From an uncultured Acidobacteriota bacterium (GTDB lineage Bacteria; Acidobacteriota; Terriglobia; UBA7540), in the NCBI GenBank assembly GCA_963842495.1, contig CAWJHY010000068.1, positions 50,179 through 114,178 of the forward strand: a DNA stretch of 64,000 nt. Reading direction: 5' to 3'. How positions within the stretch are numbered: position 1 is the first letter of the stretch; every line of letters begins with the position of its first letter. Below are positions 52,400 to 64,000 of the stretch, piece after piece. The notes below the pieces were generated by a model. It was not told where the DNA came from, ran no database searches, and was given only the letters and a program-made list of their open reading frames with translations. The position numbers and the translations under genes were made by a program.

Positions 52400-54154
52400 T
52401 TAAGGGGGCAGCAGTTCGTGAAACCGCCCCAGCCAATAGGGCAGAAGGAAAAAAGCCCCGTCGTCCTCCGTGCGTCCTTCTGGGCTGCAATCCATTTGGA
52501 AGGGATTCCCGTTCCATTTCATCGTGCAACGCTCGTCGGCCGGGATTGCCCGCAAGGATTGCTCCTCACGAAAACGATCCGGGCCCGCCGCGCGCGGTAG
52601 ATCGATGCGCTGGGAATTCTTCACGGTCCAGTAGACCGTGTCGAGAGGAATTCGCTCCAGCGTTTCAACTGCTGCGGGCAGGTCGTAGTCTCTCGCGCCC
52701 GCTCCTGCGGCATAGATAAAGTTCCACAGGGGGTTTTGTTCCGCTTCGCAGGCGCGCCAATAGCTTTTGAGAGCTGCCTGGAGCTGAGCGCGCAATCCCG
52801 GATCGTCCTCGTAGCTGAGCAGGGGATAGAAGGAGAGGAAGGCCAGTTCCTCATCGGAGTAATTAATCTCACTTCTCCGGGCGATTCGCATTACGTTTTC
52901 AAGATAGCCTTGCTCGCGGATGAGTTGACGATAAGCCGCCAGGAATCGATGCTCGCCGGTGAGATGGTAAGCGACCCGCAAGTGGGAAAGCAGTTCGAGA
53001 GAATTCAGCGCCGCGTCCTCCTTGCCGTCCGGGGTTTGGAAATAGGCCTGAGAATACTTGCCCCACATCGTCACCTGGCCGCCGGGTCCCACCAGTTGCA
53101 AGCCATGGTCGAGAAGATGCGCCGCGATTCGCCCTGCCGCGCCGCGGATCGCCGCCCGCTGCGAATCATCGGGCAGCAGATCGTAAGCTACCGCGTAGGC
53201 GAAGAAGTGCCCTACCAGTTCGTCTGAACTCGTGTCGCCTTTCCACTCCCACTGGCCGTCGGCGGTCCAATGCCATTCGCCCTCCGGCGCGCGGTAATCG
53301 CCGCGATGGACAAGGGCACGGGCCGGGAATCCCGGAATTCCCGTGATCGACTCGAGCCGCAGCAGCGCTGCGAGCGAAGCCCGCGCGTTCCGCAGCGCCT
53401 CCGGCGAGCGGGTCACGGCAAAACGAAAGCACTCCGAGGCCGCATAAATCGCTGTCCAAAGGCCGTCGTTGTCGCTGGGCGCCATCCGAAACGACGAGGG
53501 GTCTCCAGGGCGCAGCAATTCGCAATCGGCGGTATAACCATAGCGATTGTGCCGGCTCTGTAAGCGTTGAATAAAGAGGTCGCTCTTGCGTTCGAGGTCG
53601 AAGGGCTGGAACTCGATTCGGGAGATGCCTGTTTCCGTGCGAATCCACGCGCCGTCCTTTTCGGCCACAATCTGCAAGACGCGATTGTCGTTGAGGTAGC
53701 GCTTGCCCCAGAAATAGAACCATTGTTCGCCGCCAGGCGCGCCGGGCTGGAAGCAAACCGCACCCTGGTGCGTGGCGAGCCACAGCCTGGCATCCGGTCC
53801 GAGAGCGATCCCAGTCACTGGCAGGATAGGCAGGCCCTCCTTCCCCGTCCATATTCGCTGGTTGCCGGAAGGGTCTACTTCCACGAGGCCGGTTGGCGAG
53901 GCTTGCCAGAGCCTTTGCTCCGCATCACGAACCTGCAACTTTGGCGGGCTGGCCAGGGCTTGGCGAATAGGCGCCAGTAGGCTCGCGCCGTCGGGCGCAA
54001 AGCGGGTGCAGACGATTTGCTGATACGCGTGCCGGGCCACTGTCTGCCCTGGGCAGGGAGACGCCGTAAGCATTACGACGCAGAGCATGGCCGGCAAGTA
54101 TTGTGCGCAGCGGCCCAAGAACGTTGACGATTTCACCGTTTTCCAAGCTAACAC
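52400..54154 (-). CDS. Hypothetical secreted protein (584 aa)
   Basis: Signal-like N-terminus (LCVVMLTASPCPGQT). A propeller-like segment is followed by a helical repeat region. Divergent from the first sensor kinase gene. Confidence 0.65.
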   Translation of the reverse strand: MLAWKTVKSSTFLGRCAQYLPAMLCVVMLTASPCPGQTVARHAYQQIVCTRFAPDGASLLAPIRQALASPPKLQVRDAEQRLWQASPTGLVEVDPSGNQRIWTGKEGLPILPVTGIALGPDARLWLATHQGAVCFQPGAPGGEQWFYFWGKRYLNDNRVLQIVAEKDGAWIRTETGISRIEFQPFDLERKSDLFIQRLQSRHNRYGYTADCELLRPGDPSSFRMAPSDNDGLWTAIYAASECFRFAVTRSPEALRNARASLAALLRLESITGIPGFPARALVHRGDYRAPEGEWHWTADGQWEWKGDTSSDELVGHFFAYAVAYDLLPDDSQRAAIRGAAGRIAAHLLDHGLQLVGPGGQVTMWGKYSQAYFQTPDGKEDAALNSLELLSHLRVAYHLTGEHRFLAAYRQLIREQGYLENVMRIARRSEINYSDEELAFLSFYPLLSYEDDPGLRAQLQAALKSYWRACEAEQNPLWNFIYAAGAGARDYDLPAAVETLERIPLDTVYWTVKNSQRIDLPRAAGPDRFREEQSLRAIPADERCTMKWNGNPFQMDCSPEGRTEDDGAFFLLPYWLGRFHELLPP

Positions 54155-54252
54155 GAACAGCCGAAAACTTCATTAGGAACGAGGAGAGTACCGCTGTACC
54201 ATTGCGCAGTTAACTGGTCTAGGTTATTGACGATATAGAGTGATAGGGAGGA

Positions 54253-57200
54253 GTGGAAGTGTCTCATTCCAAATTGCCGAACTGTCGTCGGTTGCTGATT
54301 CGAGTGCTCGCGGCGGCCGTCTTGGCTAGTGCGCCGGCCAAAGCCCTCGACCCGCACAAGCTGGTCTCTCAATACGTCCAATCCGTTTGGACGAGTCAGA
54401 GCGGCTTGCCGCAAAACGTGGTGTTTTCCATAACACAGACCGCGGATGGGTACTTGTGGCTGGCCACCGAGGAAGGCGCGGCGAGGTTTGACGGAGTGAG
54501 GTTCGAAGTATTTGACAAAACTAATAGCCCTAACCTCGGTGAAAATGTCGTGAATAGGCTGGCCGCAAGCCCCGACGGAAGTCTCTGGCTAGGGACTCGC
54601 AGCGGACTCAGTCACTATCGTAATGGAGTTTTTCAGACCTACACGATGGCGGATGGGCTGACCGCAAATGAGATATCCGCCCTGCTGGTGAGTGCCGACG
54701 GCAGCCTTTGGATTGGTACTCATCGAGGCTTGAACCACCTCTCAAACGGTCACTTCCAATCGTATACGACCAGAGACGGCCTGCCGGATCTCAGAGTGAC
54801 TGTGCTCGCTCAGGATCGAAGAGGCACGTTGTGGGTCGGGACACCAGGCGGATTGGCTCGGTTCGACAAGGGCCGGTTTGATGCGCACACCGCGGCTGCC
54901 GAGTTGCCGGATCAATCGGTAACCGCGCTCGCCCCGGCACGGGACGGAGGCCTTTGGGTAGGCACCAGCCAGGGGGTACTGGCCCGATGGCATAACGAGC
55001 ATATCTCGGTCTGGCCTCCCCAGGACGGGTTGCCGAAGGGGGAAATAAGATTCCTTCTTGAAGATCGTGATGGCAACCTCTGGATTGCGTATCGGCACGA
55101 TGGGCTCGGTCGCCTGGCGGGAGGGCATTTCGTTTCTTTCAGAGAGCGCGACGGACTGCCGACCGACGCCCTCCGCACGCTGTATGAAGATCGCGAGGGC
55201 AACATCTGGATCAGCATGTATGAGGCCGGGATCCTCGAATTGAGCGATGGCAAATTTACCCCATTTGGGACTCGTGAGGGCTTGTCTTCGAATCTCGAGG
55301 AGGAAGTGCTCGGGGCAAAGGACGGCAGCGTCTGGGCAGGCTCCTACCGCGACGGGGTTGACCAGATTACGAACGGCAGAGTGCAACACTTTTCTACTGC
55401 GAACGGTCTCAAGAACAATATGCCCAGCGCCTTGGGGGAGGGCTCGGACCGGAGCATGTGGATCGGACAGGAAAAGGGATGGCTCTGCCAGGTACGGAAT
55501 GGACACGTCACCAGCTTCAGGGATCTAGCCTCCAAGGACTGTGCAATCAATGCCATCCTGGAAGACCACCTGGGAAACCTCTGGATCGGCACGAACGGCG
55601 TCGGGGTCGCTCGATTCCAGGATGGACGGTTCGAGCATGTCTCGCCCGCCACCGGGCTGCCTCAAGACACGGTGGTGGCGCTGGCTGAGGACCGCGAGGG
55701 AAGCCTCTGGATCGGCACAGACGGCGGTGGCGTAAGGCAGTTCCGCCAAGGCAAGTTCACGAACTACACTCGGCAAAACGGCCTGCTCAGCGACTTCGTG
55801 ACTTCGGTTTACGCGGATAACGAGGGGGCCATCTGGATCGGCTCCGCATCAGGCGGGCTGAATCGCATCAAGAAGGGGCTAGTCACTTCGTACGGTGCGA
55901 AACAAGGCCTGTTTGGCACCACCGTGGGCGGCGTCGTCGACGATGGCCTCGGCCACTTGTGGATGAGTTCGAACAAGGGCGTGTTTTTCGTTTCCAAACA
56001 GGAGCTCAACAGTCTCGCGGAAGGACGCATTAGTGCGGTTCACAGCGTGGTGTATGGCGTAGCGGATGGGCTACGGTCGCCGGAGTGCAACTATGGCGGA
56101 TCGCCGACCGGAACGAGGAGTGCCGATGGGCGGGTGTGGTTTCCTACCATCGCAGGCCTGGTAGCCATTGACCCTCGCCACATTCGACGCAACGAACTGC
56201 CGCCTCAAGTCTGGATCGAGAGTATGCTCTTTGACGGCAAGAGCGTGCCGGTCACCAAACCTCTACACCTTGGTCCAGGGACGGGCCGCCTGGAGATCCA
56301 ATTCACTGCCCCCAGCTTCGTGGCCCCTTCCCGCGTCCGCTTCCGCTACCGCCTGAAAGGGTTTGACCGGGAATGGATTGATTCGGGGGCGCGCCGCACC
56401 GCTTACTACACCAACCTCCCGCCCGGGCGCTACACGTTCCAGGTGAAGGGCGCTAATAGCGATGGCGTCTGGAGCCTCAGGGATGCCCAACTGGAATTCC
56501 AACTGACCCCGCATTTCTATCAAACGGAGTGGTTTCGCGTTTTGTGCGTGCTGGCCCTGTGGCTGGGCGCGGTCTGGCTTTACAGGCTTCGCCTCAGCTT
56601 CCTCATGCGGCGCAACAAGGAACTGGAAGAGAAGGTAGCGGAGCGGACCACCGACCTCGTCCAGCAGGCCGAGGAACTCGCCAAGCGAACGGATGAATTG
56701 GAAATCGCCAATACACAACTGGAAAAAGCTAGAGAAGTTGCCGAAGCCAGCACCCGCGCCAAAAGCGAGTTTCTCGCTAACATGAGCCACGAGATTCGCA
56801 CCCCAATGAACGGCATCCTGGGCATGACGGAGTTGGCGCTGGATACGGAACTGACCCCCGAGCAGCGCGAGTACCTGGGCATGGCCAAGGCCTCAGCCGA
56901 CTCCCTGTTGAGCGTCATCAACGACATTCTGGACTTCTCCAAGATCGAAGCCGGCAAGCTTGAACTCGACCCCATCCCGTTTCGTCTTCGCGACAGTCTT
57001 GCTGTGACCCTTATGCCTCTGGCTTTGCGAGGTCAGCAGAAGGGCCTCGAGCTGACCTTTGAAATCGATCCCGCAGTGCCCGAGGAGATCGTGGCTGATC
57101 CCACACGCCTTCGACAACTGATCATCAATCTCATCGGCAACGCCATCAAGTTCACCGAGCACGGAGAGGTTGGGCTCGAAGTCTCCTTCGATTCCCGCCA

Positions 57201-58341
57201 GGACGACGAAATCCAATTGCATTTCAAGGTGCGCGACACGGGCATTGGCATTTCCCTGGACAAGCAGCAGACGATTTTCGATGCCTTTTCGCAGGCGGAA
57301 AGCTCCACGGCACGGCGCTACGGCGGCACCGGGCTGGGGCTGACTATCTCCGCGCGGCTGGCGGCCATGATGCAAGGGCGTATCTGGGTGGAGAGCGAAC
57401 CAGGCAAAGGGAGTTGTTTCCACTTTACGGCGCGCGCTCGAGTATTGAAAAACCCTTCTGCTCCAACCGTGCCCGGCACTGTAGAATTGGCCGGCCGCCA
57501 GGTCCTGGTGGTGGACGACAACGCCACCAGCCGGCGCATCCTGGTCGAAATGCTGCGGCGCTGGGAAATGACGCCCATGACCGCCTCCAGCGGGTTCGAA
57601 GCCTTGGAAATCCTGCGCCAGGCTGAGCAATCCGGCCGCTCGGTCAACCTCCTGCTGATCGACGCCCACATGCCGGAAACGAACGGTTTCGAACTGGTCG
57701 CGCAGATCCGGCAAACTCCCAGCGTCTCCAAGGGACGGATCATCATGCTGACCTCGGCCGGCCAGCGCGGCGACGCCGCGCGCTGCCGAGACCTGGGGGT
57801 TGCCGCCTACCTCACCAAGCCGGTGGCGCAAGCTCAACTGCTGGAGGCCCTGCGCGGAGTGCTGGAAGCGAGAACCCGAGCCGGCGAACCCGCCGCCCTA
57901 ATAACCCGTCATTCTCTCCGTGAGGGTCGGCAGAAGCTGCGGATTCTGCTGGCCGAGGACAACGCCGTCAATCGGATGCTGGCCGTGCGGCTGATCGAGA
58001 AACGGGGTCATGGGGTAACCGTAGCGAATAACGGGCGCGAGGCCCTGGAGGCCCTGCAAAAGGACCATTTCGATGTCGTGCTAATGGATGTGCAGATGCC
58101 GGAAGTGGACGGGTTCGAAGCCACCGCCCTGATTCGCGCCAGGGAACATGGCACCGGCAGGCACGTAGCGATTGTCGCCATGACAGCTTACGCCATGAAG
58201 GGCGACCGCGAGCGATGCCTGGCCGCCCAAATGGACGGCTACGTCGCGAAGCCCATCAAGGCGGAAGAGTTGTTCAAGGAGATTGAACAGGTCCTCTGCC
58301 CGGCGCCGTCACCGCCCGCCCCAACCCTGACTCCATCCTAG
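54253..58341 (+). CDS. Hybrid sensor histidine kinase with periplasmic beta-propeller (Reg_prop/Y_Y_Y-type) sensor and two receiver domains
   Basis: 1362-aa ORF with many G-x-LWIGT propeller repeats, a TM segment, H-box [11 protein letters not shown], HATPase [10 protein letters not shown] and two REC domains ([21 protein letters not shown]). Confidence 0.9.
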   Translation: MEVSHSKLPNCRRLLIRVLAAAVLASAPAKALDPHKLVSQYVQSVWTSQSGLPQNVVFSITQTADGYLWLATEEGAARFDGVRFEVFDKTNSPNLGENVVNRLAASPDGSLWLGTRSGLSHYRNGVFQTYTMADGLTANEISALLVSADGSLWIGTHRGLNHLSNGHFQSYTTRDGLPDLRVTVLAQDRRGTLWVGTPGGLARFDKGRFDAHTAAAELPDQSVTALAPARDGGLWVGTSQGVLARWHNEHISVWPPQDGLPKGEIRFLLEDRDGNLWIAYRHDGLGRLAGGHFVSFRERDGLPTDALRTLYEDREGNIWISMYEAGILELSDGKFTPFGTREGLSSNLEEEVLGAKDGSVWAGSYRDGVDQITNGRVQHFSTANGLKNNMPSALGEGSDRSMWIGQEKGWLCQVRNGHVTSFRDLASKDCAINAILEDHLGNLWIGTNGVGVARFQDGRFEHVSPATGLPQDTVVALAEDREGSLWIGTDGGGVRQFRQGKFTNYTRQNGLLSDFVTSVYADNEGAIWIGSASGGLNRIKKGLVTSYGAKQGLFGTTVGGVVDDGLGHLWMSSNKGVFFVSKQELNSLAEGRISAVHSVVYGVADGLRSPECNYGGSPTGTRSADGRVWFPTIAGLVAIDPRHIRRNELPPQVWIESMLFDGKSVPVTKPLHLGPGTGRLEIQFTAPSFVAPSRVRFRYRLKGFDREWIDSGARRTAYYTNLPPGRYTFQVKGANSDGVWSLRDAQLEFQLTPHFYQTEWFRVLCVLALWLGAVWLYRLRLSFLMRRNKELEEKVAERTTDLVQQAEELAKRTDELEIANTQLEKAREVAEASTRAKSEFLANMSHEIRTPMNGILGMTELALDTELTPEQREYLGMAKASADSLLSVINDILDFSKIEAGKLELDPIPFRLRDSLAVTLMPLALRGQQKGLELTFEIDPAVPEEIVADPTRLRQLIINLIGNAIKFTEHGEVGLEVSFDSRQDDEIQLHFKVRDTGIGISLDKQQTIFDAFSQAESSTARRYGGTGLGLTISARLAAMMQGRIWVESEPGKGSCFHFTARARVLKNPSAPTVPGTVELAGRQVLVVDDNATSRRILVEMLRRWEMTPMTASSGFEALEILRQAEQSGRSVNLLLIDAHMPETNGFELVAQIRQTPSVSKGRIIMLTSAGQRGDAARCRDLGVAAYLTKPVAQAQLLEALRGVLEARTRAGEPAALITRHSLREGRQKLRILLAEDNAVNRMLAVRLIEKRGHGVTVANNGREALEALQKDHFDVVLMDVQMPEVDGFEATALIRAREHGTGRHVAIVAMTAYAMKGDRERCLAAQMDGYVAKPIKAEELFKEIEQVLCPAPSPPAPTLTPS

Positions 58342-58517
58342 ACAAGCCTGGCGAAGTGTGTAGCGATGGCGCGGCCGGGGCGATTACCCCAACCAGCGGG
58401 CAGGAGAGTCGATTTGTCCACCGCCCTCTGCAAGCCTCGACATACACCAGCCGCCGCAAGGTCGTATTTAACCGCTGGGTATTTACCCAGCGGCCGGCGG
58501 AAAAACCCTCGGACGCC

Positions 58518-58621
58518 GTCATTCTGAGCGCAGCGAAGAATCTCGGCAGTTGTAGTTTCAACGAACTACGGAGATCCTTCCTGCGTTTCACTCAAGACCG
58601 CCTGCGGCTCCTCAGGATGAC
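58518..58621. repeat. Inverted-repeat element gtcattctgag...ctcaggatgac with inner hairpin gtagtt-tcaacg-aactac
   Basis: Read directly. Lies between the two kinase genes. Confidence 0.6.
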
Positions 58622-58758
58622 AGTCAAAGCGGTTTTTCCGCAGCCAGCGAGGTCAGCAAGCTTTGACACTTTGCCGGCCACACCGAGACCTGAGCTCTGG
58701 CCGAGCTAAAGTCCCTCCACTAACCCACCGATGATAGAAGTTAAGGAGAAGTAGCGGC

Positions 58759-61700
58759 GTGGTGTCCCCGAGCATTCCGCGCAGCAACCCGAGAAGCGGC
58801 AGATGCCCGAAGCTGAGGGTCCGCACTCCGGCCAAGCCGTCTACCCTATCCAATACAAAGCGCTTCGGGGCCACGATCCTCGCAGCCGCCTCCGCGGTCT
58901 TGTTGCTCCTGGCCGTCCAAGGCAGATCTTTAGCCGCGAGACAGAAGGCCCCTCTTACCCTCGCACGACAGATAAGCGAGCTTTCCGCCGATGAAGCCAA
59001 GCGAGGATATCCGGTGGCCATGCGCGGCGTGATTACGTACGCGGACATGAAGCTGGGCCACGCGTTTATCCAGGACGGCACGGGTGGGCAATTTGCCTAT
59101 TTCAACCCTGCCCTCCCACAGCCTTTTCTCCGCGTAGGACAACTCGCCGAAGTTCTGGGAGTAACGACGCCGGGCGATTTTTCCTCCTGCATCAGAGCCG
59201 AGAAGTTTAGGGTCCTCGGGGAGGCGCCACTGCCTCGCCCCAAACGAGTTCCATTCGATCAACTCATCAACGGAAGATGGGCGTGTTATTGGATTGAAGT
59301 CGAGGGGACGATTCGATCGGGCAAAGTGGCAGACAACACCGTGGAGCTTGATCTGGCCAGCGAAGGCGGCAAGGTGCTCGTCCTCATGCAGGAATACCCG
59401 GAGTGGCGGCGAGCGCTGATAGGGGCCAAGGTGCGTATGCGGGGACCGTTGAGCACCCTCTACAATGACCAGCGGCAGTCTCGGGGCGTGAAGCTCTTTG
59501 TTCCGGGGCCGCAGTTTGTCAGCGTACTTGACCCTCCTCCGGCAGATCCCTACTTGATCCCCGCCATTCCCCCCAGCCGCATCGGCCAGTACGACGTCGA
59601 GTCGGACTTCGAGGCTGAGACTCGGGTGCGAGGCACGGTGACCGCTACCGAGCCCGGTCCCCTGATTTATGTCTCCGACGCCGATTCAACGGTAGCTGTT
59701 GAGTCCTATCCGTCCTGTTCACCCCGCGCAGGTGACTTGGTCGATGTGGTAGGGTTCAGAGATTTGGTCAACGGCAGGCCCGGCCTGGTCAACGCAGTCT
59801 GCCGCTCGGTCGGAGCGGGCGCGCCGCTGAAGCCCAGCGAGGTAACCGCGCAGCAGGTTGTCGCATCCTCCGCGGAGCCTAGCGGCGATCCAACGGTTTA
59901 CCTTCACAATAGCACCCGCTACGACCTGCGATTGGTTCGCACACAAGGCATCCTCCTCGAAGATGCGCGTGGGCCGAAAGGCGCGACTCTGGTGTTGAAG
60001 GCCGGGGAGGATGAATTCACGGCCACGTATCCGAAATCGGCAGGCACTCTGCTTGCGGCCTCGAAGGTGGGAAGCGTGCTGCAGGTGACGGGCCTGTGCG
60101 TGGTCATCTTTGACGCTTATAGCCGCCCGCTCGGCTTCCGCATTGTTCTGCGTTACCCCCAGGACATCGTGCTGCTGAGACTGCCGCCATGGTGGACCCT
60201 GGAGCGGCTCTGGATCATGCTGGCAGTGGCCTTCGGAGCAACCCTTATCGCCTCGGGTTGGATCTTCCTGCTCCGGCTTCGGGTGAACCAGCAGACAGCT
60301 ACGATACGAGACCAGATGAAGCGCCTGGACGCGCTCAGGGAACACGCGGAAGTCGCCAACCGCGCCAAGAGCGAATTCTTGGCCAATATGAGCCATGAGA
60401 TTCGGACTCCCATGAACGGCATTATGGGCATGGTTCAGTTGGCGCTCGACACCGAACTGACGGACGAACAGCGGGAGTACCTGGGCATGGTCCAAGGCTC
60501 CGCCGACGCCTTGCTCACTGTCATCAACGATATTCTGGACTTCTCCAAGATCGAGGCGGGCAAGCTCGATCTGGATCCCATTGCCTTCCAGTTACGCGAC
60601 CACCTGGCGCAGACCCTCAAGCCGCTCAGCCTCCGAGCCCACCAGAAAAGCCTGGAACTGACCTGCGACATCCGCCCCGAGACGCCGGACGGAATCGTCG
60701 CCGACCCAACGCGTTTGCGTCAGATCCTGATCAATCTCGTCGGCAACGCCATCAAGTTCACCGAGCGGGGGGAAGTGGGGATTGAAGTCGCCGTCGAGTC
60801 TCAGACGGAAAGCCACGCCTGCCTGCATTTCGCCGTCCGCGACACCGGCGTCGGCATCGCCCCCCACAAGCAGAAGCTGATTTTCGCCGCCTTCGCTCAG
60901 GCGGACACTTCCACGGCGCGAAAGTACGGCGGCACCGGACTCGGGCTCACCATCTCCTCCCGGCTGGTGGAAATGATGGGTGGGCGACTCTGGCTGCAGA
61001 GCGAGTTGGGGCGGGGCAGTTGCTTTCATTTCACGGCTCAGGTCGAGATCGCCCGCGGCGCCGCCCTCACGGAACGCGTTGAGCAGGTCGAGTTGGCCGG
61101 GTTGCCGGTGCTCGTGGTCGATGACAATCTCACCAACCGTCGCATCCTGGGGGAGATGCTGGAGGGATGGGGAACCAAGCCGGTGCTGGCGGCCAGTGCG
61201 GTTGAAGCCCTGGCGGCGCTTCGCGAGGCCCAGCAGTCAGCCACTCCGTTTGCCTTGCTCTTGATCGACGCCAATATGCCTGAGGTGGATGGCTTCACGC
61301 TGGTGGAACAGGCCCGAAAGGAAGCGGACCTGCGCCAGACCATCATCATGATGCTTACCTCCGGGGGGCAGCAGGGTGACGTGGCGCATTGCCGGGAACT
61401 GGGCATCGCCGCTCACTTGATCAAGCCCGTCTCCCAATCGGAACTCTTGGACGCCATTCTGCGTGTTCTCGGCACGAAGCCTCGGCCGGCCGAGCGACCC
61501 CGTCCCGTCACCCGGCCATCGGCGCGTGAGGCGCAACAAGGCTTGCGGATTCTATTGGCCGAGGATAATGTCGTCAACCAACGGCTGGCCTCTCGCCTGC
61601 TCGAAAAACGTGGCCATAGGGTGGTCGTGACCTCGAACGGACGCGAGGCAGTGGAGGCGCTGGAGAGGCAAAGCTTCGACTTGGTCATGATGGACGTGCA

Positions 61701-61947
61701 GATGCCGGAAGTGGACGGGTTCGAAGCCACCGCCCTCATTCGCCAGCGGGAGAACAGCACGGGCGCGCACCTGCCGATTATCGCCATGACCGCTCACGCC
61801 ATGAAGGGCGACCGCGAACGATGCCTGGCCGCCCAAATGGACGGCTACGTCGCGAAGCCCATCAAGGCGGAAGAGTTGTTCAAGGAGATTGAACAGGTCC
61901 TCTGCCCGGCGCCGCCTCCACCCGTCGAAACGCTAAGCCCTCCGTAG
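58759..61947 (+). CDS. Hybrid sensor histidine kinase with a distinct N-terminal sensor and two receiver domains
   Basis: 1062-aa ORF. The H-box, HATPase and REC-REC region are paralogous to 54253-58341. The N-terminal ~480 aa are unrelated to the propeller sensor. Confidence 0.9.
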   Translation: MVSPSIPRSNPRSGRCPKLRVRTPAKPSTLSNTKRFGATILAAASAVLLLLAVQGRSLAARQKAPLTLARQISELSADEAKRGYPVAMRGVITYADMKLGHAFIQDGTGGQFAYFNPALPQPFLRVGQLAEVLGVTTPGDFSSCIRAEKFRVLGEAPLPRPKRVPFDQLINGRWACYWIEVEGTIRSGKVADNTVELDLASEGGKVLVLMQEYPEWRRALIGAKVRMRGPLSTLYNDQRQSRGVKLFVPGPQFVSVLDPPPADPYLIPAIPPSRIGQYDVESDFEAETRVRGTVTATEPGPLIYVSDADSTVAVESYPSCSPRAGDLVDVVGFRDLVNGRPGLVNAVCRSVGAGAPLKPSEVTAQQVVASSAEPSGDPTVYLHNSTRYDLRLVRTQGILLEDARGPKGATLVLKAGEDEFTATYPKSAGTLLAASKVGSVLQVTGLCVVIFDAYSRPLGFRIVLRYPQDIVLLRLPPWWTLERLWIMLAVAFGATLIASGWIFLLRLRVNQQTATIRDQMKRLDALREHAEVANRAKSEFLANMSHEIRTPMNGIMGMVQLALDTELTDEQREYLGMVQGSADALLTVINDILDFSKIEAGKLDLDPIAFQLRDHLAQTLKPLSLRAHQKSLELTCDIRPETPDGIVADPTRLRQILINLVGNAIKFTERGEVGIEVAVESQTESHACLHFAVRDTGVGIAPHKQKLIFAAFAQADTSTARKYGGTGLGLTISSRLVEMMGGRLWLQSELGRGSCFHFTAQVEIARGAALTERVEQVELAGLPVLVVDDNLTNRRILGEMLEGWGTKPVLAASAVEALAALREAQQSATPFALLLIDANMPEVDGFTLVEQARKEADLRQTIIMMLTSGGQQGDVAHCRELGIAAHLIKPVSQSELLDAILRVLGTKPRPAERPRPVTRPSAREAQQGLRILLAEDNVVNQRLASRLLEKRGHRVVVTSNGREAVEALERQSFDLVMMDVQMPEVDGFEATALIRQRENSTGAHLPIIAMTAHAMKGDRERCLAAQMDGYVAKPIKAEELFKEIEQVLCPAPPPPVETLSPP

Positions 61948-61955
61948 ACCAACAG

Positions 61956-62099
61956 AGCGAACCGAGTGGAGACGATTTGCGGGTACGTCCGCCGCGCCGC
62001 AGTCTGCCCTGGGCAGGGAGACGCCGCAACCATAACAAGGAGAGCAAAGGTCAAAGGTTTCACCACAATCGAAGCATCTCCTTCCGAAATGTTTCTCAA
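61956..62099 (-). pseudogene. Relic 5' end of a paralogue of the 584-aa secreted protein gene
   Basis: MRNISEGDASIVVKPLTFALLVMVAASPCPGQTAARRTYPQIVSTRFA aligns with LCVVMLTASPCPGQTVARHAYQQIVCTRFA of 52400-54154. DNA block gtctgccctgggcagggagacgccg is shared (54041-54065 vs 62000-62024). Confidence 0.5.
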
Positions 62100-62163
62100 A
62101 CCAGTGGCTCATGCCGCCAGCGGCACCCAGAAACCATGAAAATCGCCCGGCGGCGGAAGGATG

Positions 62164-62235
62164 TGGCGCGGGAGCGTCCCGCTCCCGCGCGCGGGCAGGA
62201 TGCCCGCGCGACAGCGGGCGGGACGCCCGCACCAC
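62164..62235. repeat. Long hairpin element, family C, copy 2
   Basis: Imperfect outer arms gtggcgcgggagcgtcccgc... / gcgggcgggacgcccgcaccac. Perfect inner hairpin gcgcgggca-gga-tgcccgcgc. Followed by gattctcaaa. Confidence 0.7.
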
Positions 62236-62458
62236 GATTCTCAAACCAGTTGATTGTCCGTTTTCCACCCAAGGATATCAATAGGCGCTTACGAAACAGA
62301 GAGTGGCGCATGGATCACTCTTCATGTATGCGCCCGACTACTCCCCCAGGCTAAGCACGGCGAATACATAGAGATTCATGTAGGTGCCATCCGCGTATAA
62401 AATCGACCTGAACAATTTGGCCCTCCAGAGCGAATAATAGGGTGGAGAATAAGCAACG

Positions 62459-62968
62459 ATGCCGGGCGATGAGGAACTTTGGGACAAGTTGAGTCGGCGC
62501 GATGCGCGAGCTTTCGAGGGCTTCTATCGCGAGAACTGCCCTCGACTGCACAGTTTTGTGAAAGCTTGTGTGGGTAGTTCGCAAGCCGCCGACGATGTGG
62601 CGCAGGAGACTTTCCTCCAGTTGTGGAAGCATCCGAATGGCTTCAACCCTGCCCGATCGACCCTCAAGGCTTACGTCTTCGGAATTGCTCGCAAGCGCGC
62701 GGCGGACTGGTGGCGGCATCATCGTCCCTTAGGGGAGCCTTCACCACGCCCGGAATCGCCGGTTGTTGATGAGAATTCCACGCTGCTCCTGACCGACGCC
62801 ATGAGCCGGCTCGATCCCGACGTGCGGGGCGTGCTCTGGCTGCGCGAAATGGAAGGCTATTCTTACCAGGAACTCGCGGAGATCTTTGAGATTCCTTTGG
62901 GAACCGTGAAGTCTCGCCTGTATACGGCGCGCGAGCAGTTGCGCCGGGTGTGGAATTTCGGAAAGTGA
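62459..62968 (+). CDS. ECF-subfamily sigma-70 factor
   Basis: 169-aa ORF with region 2 (DDVAQETFLQLW) and region 4 HTH (YQELAEIFEIPLGTVKSRLYTAREQL). Confidence 0.9.
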   Translation: MPGDEELWDKLSRRDARAFEGFYRENCPRLHSFVKACVGSSQAADDVAQETFLQLWKHPNGFNPARSTLKAYVFGIARKRAADWWRHHRPLGEPSPRPESPVVDENSTLLLTDAMSRLDPDVRGVLWLREMEGYSYQELAEIFEIPLGTVKSRLYTAREQLRRVWNFGK

Positions 62969-62977
62969 GGGAAAATT

Positions 62978-64000
62978 ATGGAGTGCCTTGAAGCTCAACC
63001 TTTCGTTTCCGTTCTGTATGACGGAGAGCGGGTGCCGGAAGAAGCCGCCGAACACATCAGCGGCTGCGTCTCATGCCGCCGGCAACTGCACGACTATGCC
63101 GCCCTAGGTGCGGAATTGAGGCTGTCCGAAAGCCGGTGTGCAGAGAGCCTGCCCAGGCCGGCGTGGCTCGCGTCCAGCGCGCCGCGACGGCGTTTTCTGG
63201 CCGCACGCGCCTTGACCGCGCACGTAGTGGTCCCCAGGTTTGCTGTTGGACTCGGTGTGGCTGTAATTTTGGCGCTTTCGATCGGCATCAACCTCATCCG
63301 GGCGCAAACCCCGGCTCTGTGGTTCCAATTTCGGCTTTATCCGGCGGATTTGCCGGGCCCGGAGTCGCTCCCGCCACGAGTCGTGAAGCCGGGTTATCGA
63401 GAGCCCATGAGTTGGTTCTGGATTACCCACAACACGGGAGCGTCGGGTTCTGTCAACAACAAAGTAGGGTCGATCGTTTCTGTTGTGGATATTCAAATGG
63501 GTCGGGTACGAATCGCCGTGAGAGCCCGCCACTACGAAGAGGACCCCAATCCTGACCTGGTTGAACGGGACCTCGGGAACCTAAAAGGCCACGAGTATGC
63601 TTATGTGCCAGGCCAGACATTGCAGATTCCTATCGAAGGCGGAGGCACATTGCTCCTGAACGGCGAAGTCTCTGGACAGCAACCCAAACTGGCATGGGGC
63701 TTTCCGCTTGAGCCCGCCGCGAACCAGATGATCCTGACGCACTTCACGCTAATCCGGGACAAGCAGGTCCTGACTACTCCTGGTGGAGCGAGCGCGATGA
63801 TCACTGAAAACGGGAGAGGGATTTGTTTGTACCTGCCCGGACAAGGACTCTTTACTTTCTCGCTTCAACCATTCGAGGCTGCGGTGAAGGGCGAGGCAAG
63901 CTGGAGCGAAGCCGAATTCACGATCGACGACCACCATTACTATTTGCTGTCGGGTTCACCGATAACAGGCGGGGAACAGCCCCATGACATCTGGGTTTCG
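62978..64000 (+). CDS. Anti-sigma factor (zf-HC2 type), 3'-partial at window end
   Basis: Not in the ORF track because it has no stop in the window. My translation from ATG 62978 gives 341 sense codons to position 64000. EHISGCVSC is the H-x3-C-x2-C motif. One TM helix (FAVGLGVAVILALSIGINLI). It starts 9 nt after the sigma stop, with GAGGGA upstream. Confidence 0.7.
   Translation, partial: MECLEAQPFVSVLYDGERVPEEAAEHISGCVSCRRQLHDYAALGAELRLSESRCAESLPRPAWLASSAPRRRFLAARALTAHVVVPRFAVGLGVAVILALSIGINLIRAQTPALWFQFRLYPADLPGPESLPPRVVKPGYREPMSWFWITHNTGASGSVNNKVGSIVSVVDIQMGRVRIAVRARHYEEDPNPDLVERDLGNLKGHEYAYVPGQTLQIPIEGGGTLLLNGEVSGQQPKLAWGFPLEPAANQMILTHFTLIRDKQVLTTPGGASAMITENGRGICLYLPGQGLFTFSLQPFEAAVKGEASWSEAEFTIDDHHYYLLSGSPITGGEQPHDIWVS

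Noticed and set aside
1-64000. rRNA, tRNA, tmRNA or other standard RNA genes.
   Set aside because: Scanning intergenic regions by eye, I found no tRNA-like acceptor or T-arm pattern (GTTCGAATC-type) and no rRNA-like stretch. A tRNAscan or Infernal run would be needed to be certain.

Overview
GC-rich bacterial chromosomal segment. Gene content and the dense set of palindromic repeats suggest Acidobacteriota; that is inference only, since no search was possible. All family calls come from motifs I recognised in the supplied translations or in my own hand translations.

Layout:
- 1-6.4 kb: housekeeping genes (GDPD, ispF-ispD, PIN/TRAM protein, der, Gfo/Idh/MocA oxidoreductase).
- 6.4-8.8 kb: repeat-rich, gene-poor stretch with a RAYT-like Y1 transposase and an internally deleted mini-copy.
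- 8.8-13.1 kb: a visibly lower-GC island bracketed by two same-orientation REP copies. It carries stacked small HTH genes and a tightly coupled operon (HTH, CHAT-like caspase-fold protein, 63-aa ORF, 4-TM protein). This operon is my best candidate for an undescribed conflict or defence system.
- 13.6-14.4 kb: UPF0175/DUF3368 toxin-antitoxin pair.
- 14.9-17.7 kb: GMC oxidoreductase plus subunit-3-like gene.
- 17.8-20.1 kb: a decayed TonB-receptor and protease-PDZ patch.
- 20.3-24.5 kb: membrane amidohydrolase, rhomboid-TPR and FmdE genes.
- 24.8-30.8 kb: a corrinoid methyltransferase cluster whose activase gene is frameshifted inside an intragenic repeat.
- 31.5-34.4 kb: aminotransferase and pckA.
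- 34.4-40.6 kb: a second accessory patch (Uma2, GNAT, three unknown genes, orphan dinJ followed by tandem repeats).
- 40.7-52.2 kb: further housekeeping genes, including recA and hbd.
- 52.4-64 kb: two paralogous hybrid sensor kinases with a gene-conversion tract, then an ECF sigma/anti-sigma pair. The anti-sigma ORF runs off the window end and is absent from the ORF track.

I saw no rRNA, tRNA or CRISPR array. At least eight short repeat families are present, and several sit at operon junctions or inside ORFs.
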